Assembly (NCBI GenBank): GCA_030390025.1
Contig: CM059431.1
Coordinates: 130,698,001 to 130,762,000, forward strand
Direction of reading: 5' to 3'
Source: Squalus acanthias
Taxonomy: Eukaryota
DNA: 64,000 bases
This document shows, one piece after another, positions 12,400-23,486 of this stretch (position 1 is its first letter; each line of letters begins with the position of its first letter). The notes under the pieces were generated by a model. The model was given only the letters and a program-made list of their open reading frames with translations, was not told the origin of the DNA and made no database searches. The position numbers and the translations under genes were made by a program.

Positions 12400-13589
12400 G
12401 GCCCACAATTTGCTGGAGCAGGGCATCTCGCAGCATGCCCCGTTAGTTAGACTTTTTCCTGCATCCTACAGCTCAAAAAATGTTGCCCTGCGAGTGTGAG
12501 CTGATAATGGCACTGTGAGGGCAATGGGGCATATTGGACCTTAGTGAACGATGGGACAGACTTTTCCTTTCTCTTTTTTTTCTTTCTCAATCCAATCTTT
12601 CTTTCCCTCTCTTTATTTCACTTTGTGTACCTGATTTGACATTGGGCCGGATATTCCGCCCCCCACGGGTGCATGCGCTAAAAACCGGCACTTGCGATCT
12701 GTCAAGAATTCTCTTGACAGATCATTTGCGTGCCCAGGAAAAGTGCCTCTGCGGGGGGAGAGTTGCGCTTTTTGCACAACTTCCACCCGCTAAAAGGCCA
12801 TAAAATTGTTACGCCTGGTAAGGCCTGCTTTTACCGACTTAAGAGTGTTGAAAAATAGAAAAATTAAATTTGATAACTCATTTATAAATTAAAAATACTC
12901 TTCAAAAAGGTAAGTTTATTGTTAGCCCCGTAAAAACATTAAAAAAATTTCCCCCAAAATTAAAATGTTTTAAAAATATTTAATTAAATGGAATTTTAAT
13001 TTTTTTAATTATATAATGTTTAAAAAAAAATTATTTAATGTTTTAGTGTGTTTTTAAATGTGATCCCCATTCATACTTTTGACAGCTCTGTCCCTACAGA
13101 CCTGTCAAAAGTATGAAGGGGAACTCCCTACTTTGATTGGTTCGCCTGGCCCACGTGATCTCAGGGATGCTTGTGAACCACATGCACCCCTGGGATACGT
13201 GGGCCTCTGCCAGCGCGGACCCGGAGAGGCCCAGGATCAGAAGCCTCGGGATCTACAGAACCAGCAGGTAGGTTCGTAGATTTTTTTCCGATCGGAGGCA
13301 TCCGCCCGAAGGAAACCTCCGATCGGAAATGCAGGGCCATTGAATTCACTCACTCTAATTCAGCTTCCTTCTCAGTCCTTCCTCTGTTTATTTCTCAATC
13401 CTTAAATCTCAATGGTTGAGGAGATACACTGTTGGTCCCAACATTCACCAAGGTCCCAGATCCCATGTTGCCATCAGCTCGCACTTCCAGCGACTTAAAG
13501 GGAATAACAATTCTGAGCTGAAGGGTGCAAGAAACGGTCTAACTAACTGGGCACACCATGAGATGCCCCACTCCAGCAAATTCCAGACC
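12400..13589. mobile_element. Harbinger-type MITE with long (about 100-bp, imperfect) TIRs, host of a nested MITE
   Basis: GGCCCACAATTTGCTGGAGCAGGGCATCTC...GTTAGTTAGAC mirrored by GTCTAACTAAC...GAGATGCCCCACTCCAGCAAATTCCAGACC; flanks ATT/AAT. Confidence 0.8.
12644..13338. mobile_element. Nested Harbinger-type MITE with AT-rich core (related to 63107-63870)
   Basis: TIR GGGCCGGATATTCCG...CGGAAATGCAGGGCC; TSD ATT (12641-12643, 13339-13341). Confidence 0.8.
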
Positions 13590-13853
13590 AATATAACTTC
13601 TGCTCCCAAGAACTGCCAGGGACAGATTGCTCTTGTTGCTATTGCCTCAGACTACACCTGAGTTTTATATAACCTACTGAATATAAAATTGGGATGAACA
13701 CTCAGTTGAATTTCATTTTTCCAGCAGGGCATTGCTATCTCTCAAGCTATTGGTTTTACTCCATTCGAGCAGAATCTTGGTAGCAATATCACAAGTCCTC
13801 ACAACTTTGTTCTGCAGTCTGAGAATATAATGCTTGTTTCAATCATTATCATT

Positions 13854-14192
13854 TGTAGCATTTAATTAAGGGCCGATATGTCAGCCGCAGGCTAATGAGG
13901 GTCCTGATTCCAGAGGAAGGGTATGACCCCTTTTTATAACCGCCCCTTTAAAGATAATTGCACCTGGAGTGGGCGGAGACTTTCCTCAGCCAGCTACGCA
14001 TAAAAGGGGAGGTTCAAGAGAAGTTGGCCCTGAAAGAGGCTGGGAGTTGAAGAACTGAAGGACATGTGCTGTGTGTTCTTGTTTTGTGTTATGTGCATTA
14101 AAAGAGAGGTGTTTGGAACTTAGATTGTTCAAGGACTACTGTTTGTAAGGAAAAGGAGGCTCTGAGACAGTAGGACTTTGTAACATGATACA
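13854..14192 (+). mobile_element. Possible short solo LTR
   Basis: TGTAGCA start, ...ACA end, GC-box GGGCGG, CATAAAA TATA-like element, ATTAAA signal; TSD ambiguous. Confidence 0.45.
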
Positions 14193-14439
14193 TTAAAATC
14201 TCTCATGTACAGTCATCCCACTTACTATTAACATCACCTTGCTATGCTAAATATTTGTTATGTATGAGTGCTCATTCAGTTGACTACCATAGTAAAATTA
14301 TTCTTCTATGTGGTCACTCTAGTATTTCACTGAAATTCGTGTTTGTCACAATTTTCTTGTTTTTGCAATAGATATTCTCTTGAGTCCAATATCACTGCGA
14401 TAAGCAGACCTCACATTCCTTCCAAATCCAGACTGTGCC

Positions 14440-14540
14440 TTTTACCAATATCTAGTCAAATTTTGTTTGATAACGCTTCTGTAAAGTGCCTTGGGGTGTA
14501 TAACTATGTTAAAGGCACTATATAAATACATGTTGTTGTA
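14440..14540 (+). mobile_element. L2 3' tail remnant
   Basis: tgtaaagtgccttgggg...aaaggcactatataaatac...gttgttg. Confidence 0.65.
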
Positions 14541-14699
14541 AACAGTAGCATGATCTGGAGATAATAACACAGACCCTTGCACCTCACTGAATATCACGTG
14601 TGTTGCTGCATGCTTTATCTTGTTTTTATGGAAGGTGAATGAAAAGCACTCTATTGAGCTGCAGCACAACTGGTCTAGACTTGCTGCTGTTGCCTGCAA

Positions 14700-15598
14700 G
14701 GGTGTTTTTTTACCTCCCTCCCCATCCCCATGCCTGGCAGGTATTGGACGGTAGTGGAGTTAAAATCACATTGGGAACCTATTCCCACTTGATTCCCATT
14801 CCCCGTCATCTTAGTTGTGCAATTTTTTTAACTGCCCGAGTTGCCCACCAGAAGCAGGTGGGAACCTCATGAATACATGCAAATCAGGGTCCTATGATGT
14901 CATTAGAACCCTGATGCGATTTGAACGCACATAAATGGAAGGCTCACCCAGCAGTGAACCCATTGAATAAAACCTAGGGCCATTCGAAGCAACATTTGAA
15001 GGGTCACTTACCTAAAAGCACTCAGTATCTGTTTACTATTCTGTTTTATGGATTTCCACAAGAGAGTTTGCCTTGGAGATTGCTTTTTTTTCCGCTTACA
15101 TGCACTCGATAGCACACAGCTTATGATGGGTGTCATTCTTGTTACTTTGGTTTGGTTGTGTGGAGGAGGAGGAACAGTAGCCACAAGGAGCAGCAGTTGG
15201 ATCTCTTCAAAGACAACATGTGAGGGGGGGTGCTGCTCAAAAAGGATCATACCCAGCCCTGAGTGAGTTGCTTGGATCTGTCTGAGGAGGAGTGCATGAG
15301 GAGTCTGCGCTTCTCCAGAGAGGATGTTGCCGAGCTCTGCAGACTCCTGCAAGAAGACCTACTGTCTGCTAGGCCAGGTGGCCATGCTTTGCCTGTGGCA
15401 CTGAAAGTCACAGTTAACCTCTTTGCCTCAGGCTTTTTCTGCAGGTCCACGGGGATCCACGGGAATCACTCCCTGCAAGTAGGTAGTTGCCCATCATAAG
15501 TGCAGCTTGCCAATCATATGTTAATCGGGCCAAGCAGTTAAAATCCACTGGGCCTCAGAATGATGACGTCAGGCAGATGACTGCCCATCTGAAACCTG
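14700..15598 (+). mobile_element. Truncated Harbinger derivative with transposase N-terminal remnant (about 15260-15450)
   Basis: LDLSEEECMRSLRFSREDVAELCRLLQEDL...HALPVALKVTVNLFASGFF parallels the N-termini of the transposases at 18531 and 56458; ends uncertain. Confidence 0.65.
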
Positions 15599-17022
15599 CT
15601 GGGAGAGAGAAAATGGGGAACAACAGACCAGTTAGCTTGACATCAGTAGTAGGGAAAATGCTAGAATCTATTATTAAAGACATGGTAACAGGGCACTTAG
15701 AAAATAATAATAGGATTGGGCAGAGTCAACATGGATTTATGAAAGGGAAGTCATGTTTGACGAATCTGTTAGAGTTTTTTGAGGTTGTAACGAGCAGAAT
15801 AGATAAGGCGGACCCAGTGGATGTGGTGTATTTGGATTTTCAGAAGGCATTCGATAAGGTGCCACACAAGAGGTTATTAAACAAAATTAGGGCTCATGGG
15901 ATTGGGGGTAATATACTAGCATGGATTAAGGATTGATTAACAGACAGAAAACAGAGAGCAGGAATAAATGGATCATTTACAGGTTGGCAGACTGTAACTA
16001 GTGGGGTACCGCAAGGATCAGTGCTTCGGCCTCAGCTATTCACAATCTATATCAATGGTTTGGATGAGAGGACCAAATGTAGTATATACAAGTTTGCTGA
16101 TGATACAAAGCTAGGTGGGAATGTAAGTTGTGAGGAGGATGCAAAGAGGCTTCAAGCGGATATAGACAGGCTAAGTGAGTGAGCAAGAACATGGCAAATG
16201 GAATATAATGTGGAGAAATGTGAAGTTATCCACTTTGGTAGGAAAAATAGAAAAGCAGAGTATTTTTTAAATGGTGAGAGATTGGGAAATGTTGGTGTTC
16301 AGAGGGACCTGAGTGTCCTTGTACACGAATAACTGAAAGTTAACATGCAGGTACAGCAAGCAATTAGGAAAGCAAATGGTAAGTTGGCCTTTATTACAAG
16401 AGGATTTTAGTGTAAGAGTAAAGACGTCTTACTGCAATTATATAGGGCCCTGGTGAGACCACACCTGGAGTATTGTGTACAGTTTTGGTCTCCATACCGA
16501 AGGAAGGATATACTTGCCATAGAGGGAGTGCAGCAAAGGTTCACCAGACTGGTTCCTGGGATGGGGGGATTGTCCTGTGAGGAGAGATTGAGTAGACTAG
16601 GCCTATATTCTTTAGAGTTTAGAAGAATGAGAGGTGATCTCATTGAAACATACAAAATTCTTACGGGGCTTGACAGGGTAGATGCAGGGAGGATGTTTCC
16701 CCTGGTTGGGGAGTCTAGAACCAGGGCTCACAGTCTCAGAATAAGGGGTCGGCCATTTAGGACTGCGATGAGGAGAAATTTCTTCACTCAGAGGGTGGTG
16801 AATCTTTGGAATTCTCTACCCCAGAGGGTTGTGGAGGGTCAGTCATTGACTATATTCAAGACAGAGATCGATAGATATTTGGATATTAAGGAAATCAAGG
16901 GATATGGAGATAGTGCAGGAAAGTGGAGTTGAGGTAGAAGATCAGCCATGATCTTATTGAATGGCGGAGCAGGCTCGATGGGCCGAATGGCCTACTCCTG
17001 CTCCTATTTCTTATGTTCTTCA
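15599..17022 (+). mobile_element. 5'-truncated CR1 LINE (RT domain plus 3' UTR), with stop codons
   Basis: [54 protein letters not shown]; tail ggccgaatggcctactcctgctcctatttcttatgttctt. Confidence 0.95.
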
Positions 17023-17195
17023 TGTAGGAAACGTGACAGCCAATTTGTGCACAGCAAGGTCCCACAAACAGCACTGAGATAAATGACAAGATAATCTGTT
17101 TTTTAGTGGCATTGGTTGAGGGATAAATGTTGGCTAGATAGGGAGAAATTCCCTGCTCTTCTTCGAAGAGTGCCATAGGATCATTTGCGTCCACC
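17023..17195 (-). mobile_element. Deu-SINE internal fragment
   Basis: Matches the core of 47725-47900 (cagccaatttgtgcacagcaaggtcccacaaac...gctcttcttcgaa). Confidence 0.7.
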
Positions 17196-18029
17196 CATAC
17201 AGATCCAAAATAATTGGATAAATCTGTTCTCAAGTCTTAGCCAGTGACTGCTATTTTCTTCTTCGCATTCATAGCTATCAACCACTTGTTACCTACCTGC
17301 TCACACTTAGGGATGTCATTTAACTTCTATCTAGCCATCAACTATCCATGACCATTTCCTGGGCATTTACACTCCGGGCTGTCAATCACATGGCTACATT
17401 GTACTCAGGGCTGTCAATCACCTAACCTGTGCTCGCTCACTAAAAATCTTGATCTGTAATTTGCAAAATGGTCAACATTGCAAGGAAGTCAGCAAGTATG
17501 TGACATATTCCTCTTTCACCAGGCTATTTACCCAGGCACAAGAACATTAAAAAAAAATTTTTTTTCCTGAATTATCGAGTAATAACACTTTTCTATAGTA
17601 TCGTAAATGGGTAATCCATTTGTTGTATGCATTGGATTCAAATCACCTTGCATTGTATTCAAATGACGATATTTGAAAATGCTCATTATAGTCGGGACTA
17701 GTTCAAGACACGGAGATAGCAAGCAAGAGGCATTTGATGTGTAAATCTGAGACAGCTGAGTGCTGATAAGTACAAAAGTAGTTTGTCAAGAAATATAAGG
17801 CCTGAATCAAGATTTGTGTAATGTGCTTATGAAAAGATAAGATTGATTTACTTCGGCTACAAATGTATGTATATTAAAGCACTTTATCATCTAAAGTTAT
17901 TTTCAAAGATATTGGATAGATACTGGACTATATTCATTGTGCTATGAAAGGAAGATGTAAATAATTGGCAATTTTTTTGGTTAGCATCAGGATTATGGCT
18001 GTAGCTGCAAAGCATGGACCAGAAATTCT

Positions 18030-20050
18030 GGCCGCAAAATTCAGCTCCGTAGTGCCTGTTGGGTGCTGCGATTGCCGTTTTGGTTCCAAAATGGCGTCCG
18101 TGGCACACGCACACACTTCTGGTGCAAGGCGCGCTGGACGCCATCTTGGTGAGGGTGTTAGCACACGCGCAGGGAGCGTTTGGTGGAAGTATGCAGTGTC
18201 GGCAGATTGTGACGTCAATCAGCGTGCAACGATGATTTGACGCCAGCGCTGCCATTTTGGAGCTCAACGTTCCAGCTAATGCCCGCTCTTAAACATGCAT
18301 AGCTGTACATGCATTCTGCAGCAGGAAGGACCCCCCACCAGCGCTATTTAAAGGGATCATCAACTACTTTCAGGTTAGTTGATGGTTGATTTTTATTGGC
18401 TGTTGCTACGACTGTGCAAGTGTTTGGTGCTTTCTAGAGTTCTTTAAAGTAGGTAAAGTCTACAGGACGTGGTGTGGGAGCTGCTGAAGGACTTTGTCCT
18501 GACTTCAACGCAAACGAGTTGCTCCCAGACATGGGTGATCTAGTAGGAATTCCCCTTGGAATACCGAATGACTTGGAGAATGCACAGAGGCCACGCAGAG
18601 CAGTACAAGCTGCTGGCAGAGGGAGGAGGAGGGGGAAAAGGGCTCTCAGCAGGAGGCCATATCCGCCCAGGGTGTTCAGGGAGCAAATCACCTACCTGAA
18701 CCTCAGTGACGAACAGTGTGTAAGATGCCCGCGCTTCGGTAAGGACGTGCTCACTGAAATCTGCCACCTGCTGCAGCTACAATTGCAACCTTAGAGGAGG
18801 GCGAGGACCGCATTGCCAGTGGCTGTGGAGGTTACGGTAGCCATGAACTTTTATGCATCGGGCACCTTTCAGGCTGGAGCAGGAGATATTTGCAACATCT
18901 CCCAGTTTGCAGTCCACTGTTGCATAAGGGAGGTTACTGAGACTCTATTCCAAGAGAGCTGACAACATTTCATTCTCTCTTGCCAGAGAGCAGCAGGCGG
19001 AATGAGCACACGGCTTTGCAAGGATTGCAGAGTGCCATTGACTGCACGCATGTTGCTTTGTGGGTACCGCATGTCAACTGAGATGTACCGCAATTGAAAG
19101 GGATACCACTCCCTCAATCTCCAGCTGGTGTGCGACCATATGCAGTGTATCATGCAGGTCAATGCCCGGTATCCTGGCAGCAGTCATGATGCCTTCATTC
19201 TGCGGCAGTCCTCTGTGCCATCTGCATTTGAGCCACCACGACAAACCAAAAAGGCCCACAAGCAGTGCTGTAAATGCACTTACCTTATGGATCTGATTGG
19301 CTACTGGGCAACAAGGGCTATCCGCTCACCACCTGGCTCATGACTCCAGTGCGCAACCCATGCACACGTGGGCAGCATGCATGCAATGAAAGCCGTAAAG
19401 CACACCATTGGCGTGTTGAAACAAGACTTCCGCTGCCTGGACCGCTCTGGAGCAGCCCTGCAGTACTCGGCAGAGCAGGTGTCAAGATTTGTGGTGGTCT
19501 GCTGCTTGCTGCACAACCTCACCATCATGAGGGCACAGCCCTTCCCACCAGCTATATGGCGAGCAGCTCAGGAGGAAGGAGAGAGGAGGACGAGGAAGAG
19601 GAAGGGAGGATGCAACCTAGACAGCCACTTTCTGGCCTGGCTGTCCGTGAACGACTCATCTGACTGCGATACCAGTAAATGCAACCCCAATTCCCCATTC
19701 ACCAACAGTCCCACTCCTTACCATCTCTCTGCTACTGACCATAACAGCTTCTGCTTGGCAACAATGCAAAAATAAAAGTCAACACAAAATAAACATTCCA
19801 AACCAAATTTATAAATCGAACCACGCCATATTGCATACAAACGTCAACTAATCACACTTGTGCATTCCCTTAGTACCTGTCTTCAGTGTGCCTTTACCTC
19901 TCATAGTGCTCCTACTCAGTGCTGCCCCCAGTGGCTGCAGCATGGCTGGTGGAAGGCTGCTGACTTTCAGTGGGGGAGACTGCAGATGGCCTTGGAGGAT
20001 GAACTCGAGCAGCACCAGGCCTAGAAGGCCCAGCTGGGCTGCACCATCTC
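18030..20050 (+). mobile_element. Harbinger transposon, decayed, right end lost (transposase +, Myb 3' end -)
   Basis: Left TIR GGCCGCAAAATTC; collinear with 55953-61094; Myb C-terminal remnant at 19860-20050 matches 59580-59770. Confidence 0.85.
18531..19678 (+). pseudogene. Harbinger DDE transposase pseudogene
   Basis: [80 protein letters not shown]; stops and frameshifts. Confidence 0.9.
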
Positions 20051-20553
20051 AGCATAGGATCCCGGGAGGGGGGTAGGGGGCAGGGAAGGGGGTGTGGGAA
20101 GAGATCGTGGCGGTTCGGGGGGGGGGGGGGGGGTTGGGGTTGGAGATCATGGAGGGGTTCGTGGAGGTCGGGGCGGGGGAGGGTTGGCCGATTGCAGGGT
20201 CTGTAAAGAGGTTTGCTTGTTGGGCCTGGAAGAAACACTTTTGCTCCTGGCCCACAAGCAGTGCTGTAAATGCACTTACTTTATGGATCTGACATTTTCA
20301 CCTCCTTTTACCTGCCGGGTTTCCCGAGCACTGGGAAATTCGGCCAACATTAGTTTAAAAATAAAAACCTTTTAAAATGGAGGCAGGCAGCCTCCTTAAA
20401 ATATTGCAGTGCCCGACACACCTCCTGAGAGCAGATTGGTCACCTGCCCCCTACCTGCCTCCATTAAAACCAGAAGTGGACATGTTGAGGTCAGGTTTGA
20501 AATGTTTTTAATTTTTACTTCCCACCCGTTTTTGGTGGTTAAAATGACCTCCC
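20050..20553. mobile_element. Right half of a G-rich Harbinger-type MITE (family of 55095-55909)
   Basis: Collinear similarity to 55640-55909, ending ttaaaatgacctccc. Confidence 0.6.
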
Positions 20554-20917
20554 ATGGCATACTGTGACTAGGTGCTTCCGAGGAAACATCAAACATCACA
20601 GCTAGTCAGGTATTCACACAGCTTAGTGGTTCTTCTGTTTCTTCACGTGCACTAATCATGTGCCAATATGAGGAATATTCATTTCTGTCTGCAGATGCAG
20701 GTGTGCAGGTACCAGCAGTTGCTTACAGAGGAACATGGTGCAGCCTGGCCTGCCTAGGATACCTGACACATTGGTCCCCCTCTTCTTCCAAACACCTCAT
20801 ATGGGTTTCCCAATAGAAAGCCCCTTTGGTGCCAATAATGGTGCTGGGGTAAAGACAACAGAACAATTGGCACAATGTTTTATGAGAACCTCAATTACTG
20901 AAATGCTCTTGCCTTTT

Positions 20918-21712
20918 AGGTGTCATCCATGGCTGAATAGTACTTTCACCTTTGAGTCAGAAGGTTGTGGGTTCAAATCCCACTCCAGCACTTGAGCACA
21001 TAATCTAGGCTGACTCTCGAAACATATAAAATTCTGACAGGTCTGGACAAACTAGATGCAGGAAGAATGTTCCCGATAGTCGGAGAGTCCAGAACCAGGG
21101 GTCATAATCTAAGTATAACGGGTAAGCCATTTAGGACAGAAATGAGGAAGAATTTCTTCACCCAGAGAGTGGTGAACCTGTGGAATTCTCTACCACAGAA
21201 GGTAGTTGAGGCCAAGTCATTAAATATATTCAAGAATGAGTTAGATATATTTCTTAAAGCTAAAGGTATCAAGGGATATGGGGAGAAGGCAGGTACAGGG
21301 TACTGATTTTGGTGATCAGCCATGATCTCATCGAATGGCGGAGCAGGCTCGAGGGGCCGAATGGCCTACTCCTGCTCCTATCTTCTATGTGTCTATGTTA
21401 AGTACTGAAGGGGTCTTTCAGATGAGACATTAAACTGAGGCCCGTCTACCCTCTCCAGTGAATGTAAATAATCCCATGGCACTATTTGAAGAGGAGCAAA
21501 CAACTAATGCTAAAATTAATCCCTGAAACAGCATCACTAAAACCAATGATCTGGTCATTCATCTCATTGCTGTTTGAGAGAGCTGGCTGTGGACAAATTG
21601 GCTGCTGCCTTTCTCTACAACAGTGATAACACTTCAAAAGTAACTCATTGGCTGTGCAGTGCAATGGAACACTCTGAGGTTATCAAAGGCAATATATAAA
21701 TGAAAGTTCTTA
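20918..21712 (+). mobile_element. Deu-domain SINE interrupted by a CR1 fragment
   Basis: tRNA-like head (gagtcagaaggttgtgggttcaaatcccactcc) to about 21018; Deu core and tail resume at about 21400. Confidence 0.75.
21019..21399 (+). mobile_element. CR1 3' fragment
   Basis: MFPIVGESRTRGH...FFTQRVVNLWNSLP...GYGEKAGTGY plus 3' UTR; same subfamily as 30311-30740. Confidence 0.9.
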
Positions 21713-21754
21713 CCTTAACATTACTATGTCCTTTTTCTTTACCTGCCTCCTAAT

Positions 21755-22321
21755 CTACTATATTAAACACTAATTCGGCCCCAGCTGGAGTATCGTGTCC
21801 AATTCTGGGCACCAGACTTTAGGAAGAACATGAAGGCTTCAGAGAGGGTACAGAAGAGATTTACTAGAACGGTTTCCTGGGATTACAGTTACGTGGATAG
21901 ACTGGAGAAGCTGGGGTTGTCCTCCTTAGAGCAGAGAAGGCTAAGAGGAGATTTGATAGAGGTGTTTAAAATCATGAAGGGTTTAGATAGTGAAACTGTT
22001 TCCAGTGGCTGAAGGGTCTATAACCAGAGGGCACAGATTTAAGGTGGTTGGCAAAAGTACCAGAGGCGACATGAGGAGAAATCTTTTTACGCAATAAGTG
22101 GTTAGGAATTGGAATGCACTGCCTGATAGGGTGGTGGATACGGATTCAATAGTAGCCTTCAAAAGGGAATTGGATAAATACTTGAAGGTGAAAAAGATGC
22201 AGGTATATGGGGAAAGAGCGGGGGAGTGGGACTAACTGGATTGCTCTTCGAAAGAACTGGCGCAGACTCGATGGGCCGAATGGCCTCCTTCTGTCCTGTA
22301 CTATTCTATGATTCGATGATC
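21755..22321 (+). mobile_element. CR1 3' fragment (different subfamily)
   Basis: RPQLEYRVQFWAP, LEQRRLRGDLIEVFKIMKG; tail gatgggccgaatggcctccttctg...attctatgatt. Confidence 0.9.
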
Positions 22322-22922
22322 TTCTGAATACTTATCATCATCTAACAACCCTGGATGTCGATTTCTCATCGGAGTGATTTCCTGCACTCCTGAACATTGG
22401 AAGGACACCCCACTCTCCGGAAACTATGCTGTCATAGAAATCTGTACAGAATAAACAAAACATTTATTCAACAATAACTTACCGGGGATTGTTTGGACGT
22501 CATCACTGTGTACTCTCTCTCTCGGTCTCTGAAATGCTGTGGATATTAAGCACCAGTGACTGTCCACTTTCTGCTCTCTGCACAGCTGGATTGTATCTGC
22601 CCCTAATTTTACACCTGATATTTCATCACATCATCTAGCCATGTTCTTCTTTACCTGCCTACTAATCTACCATCAATTTTTGTAGACAGTAGCAACCCTA
22701 CCAAATTTTTGTGATTCCAGAATAATGTGCTCATAATATGTCATTTTTCTCCTGATATTCAACCTCAATCTCCTTTCCTGTGCTAGTTCAAGGACATTCT
22801 CATTAGTCATTCTTGTCCAACTTATTTTCAGTATATGTCTGCAGTACCACAACGCAAATGCTTTCAGATTTTTCTCCTTCCACTGTTCAAGGACCAATTT
22901 TCACATCCTTATAATACACATT

Positions 22923-23269
22923 GGGCTGGATTTTGTCTTGGGGTCGGGTTGGGGTCGGGTTGGGGTCGTGTCATCCGCATTTCGTGTTGTCCCCCCGACT
23001 CCAGATTAATGTGGATGAATAATGCAATTTTCACTTAATTGGGCAATTGAGTTCCAGCATGTGGGAACCCATGAACTAATTAGAGAGAGAGACAGAGAGA
23101 CAGAGACAGAGACTTTAATGGCCTCTCCCGCCTCTTGGAGGCGGGAACCCCGCGACTGATTTTATCAAAATTGCGTGGAGGCGGGATGGGGTCGGGACCC
23201 CCGACCCCGCAAATTTAACCACCCACATGCCTCCAAACCCGACTCCACGGGTCATTCAAAATCCAGCCC
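22923..23269. mobile_element. Harbinger-type MITE, family B short form
   Basis: TIR GGGCTGGATTTTG...CAAAATCCAGCCC; TSD ATT (22920-22922, 23270-23272); central GA/GACA microsatellite. Confidence 0.9.
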
Positions 23270-23486
23270 ATTGTTTATAAACATTTCACTTCTTATCACC
23301 AGGGTGATTTTAGAGTTGCACAGAAGCTCCTTTTGCGATTTCTATTCTCAATTTCACTCCCTATTACTTTGACTGTGAGATGTTATTACACTACTGAAGT
23401 AAACATTTGATCTATATGCTCTAGCTCCATATTGTTCACAAAGTTGGATTTTTGGGAGGTCTGCTTTCTTCGTTTCCCACTAACTT

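Noticed and set aside
12121..12426. Host protein-coding exon (101-aa minus ORF)
   Set aside because: Starts inside a MITE, has no recognisable domain and no convincing splice-site pair
20918..21000. tRNA gene (also 8218, 48000-48060, 2380-2439)
   Set aside because: No complete cloverleaf or acceptor stem; the heads run into SINE bodies
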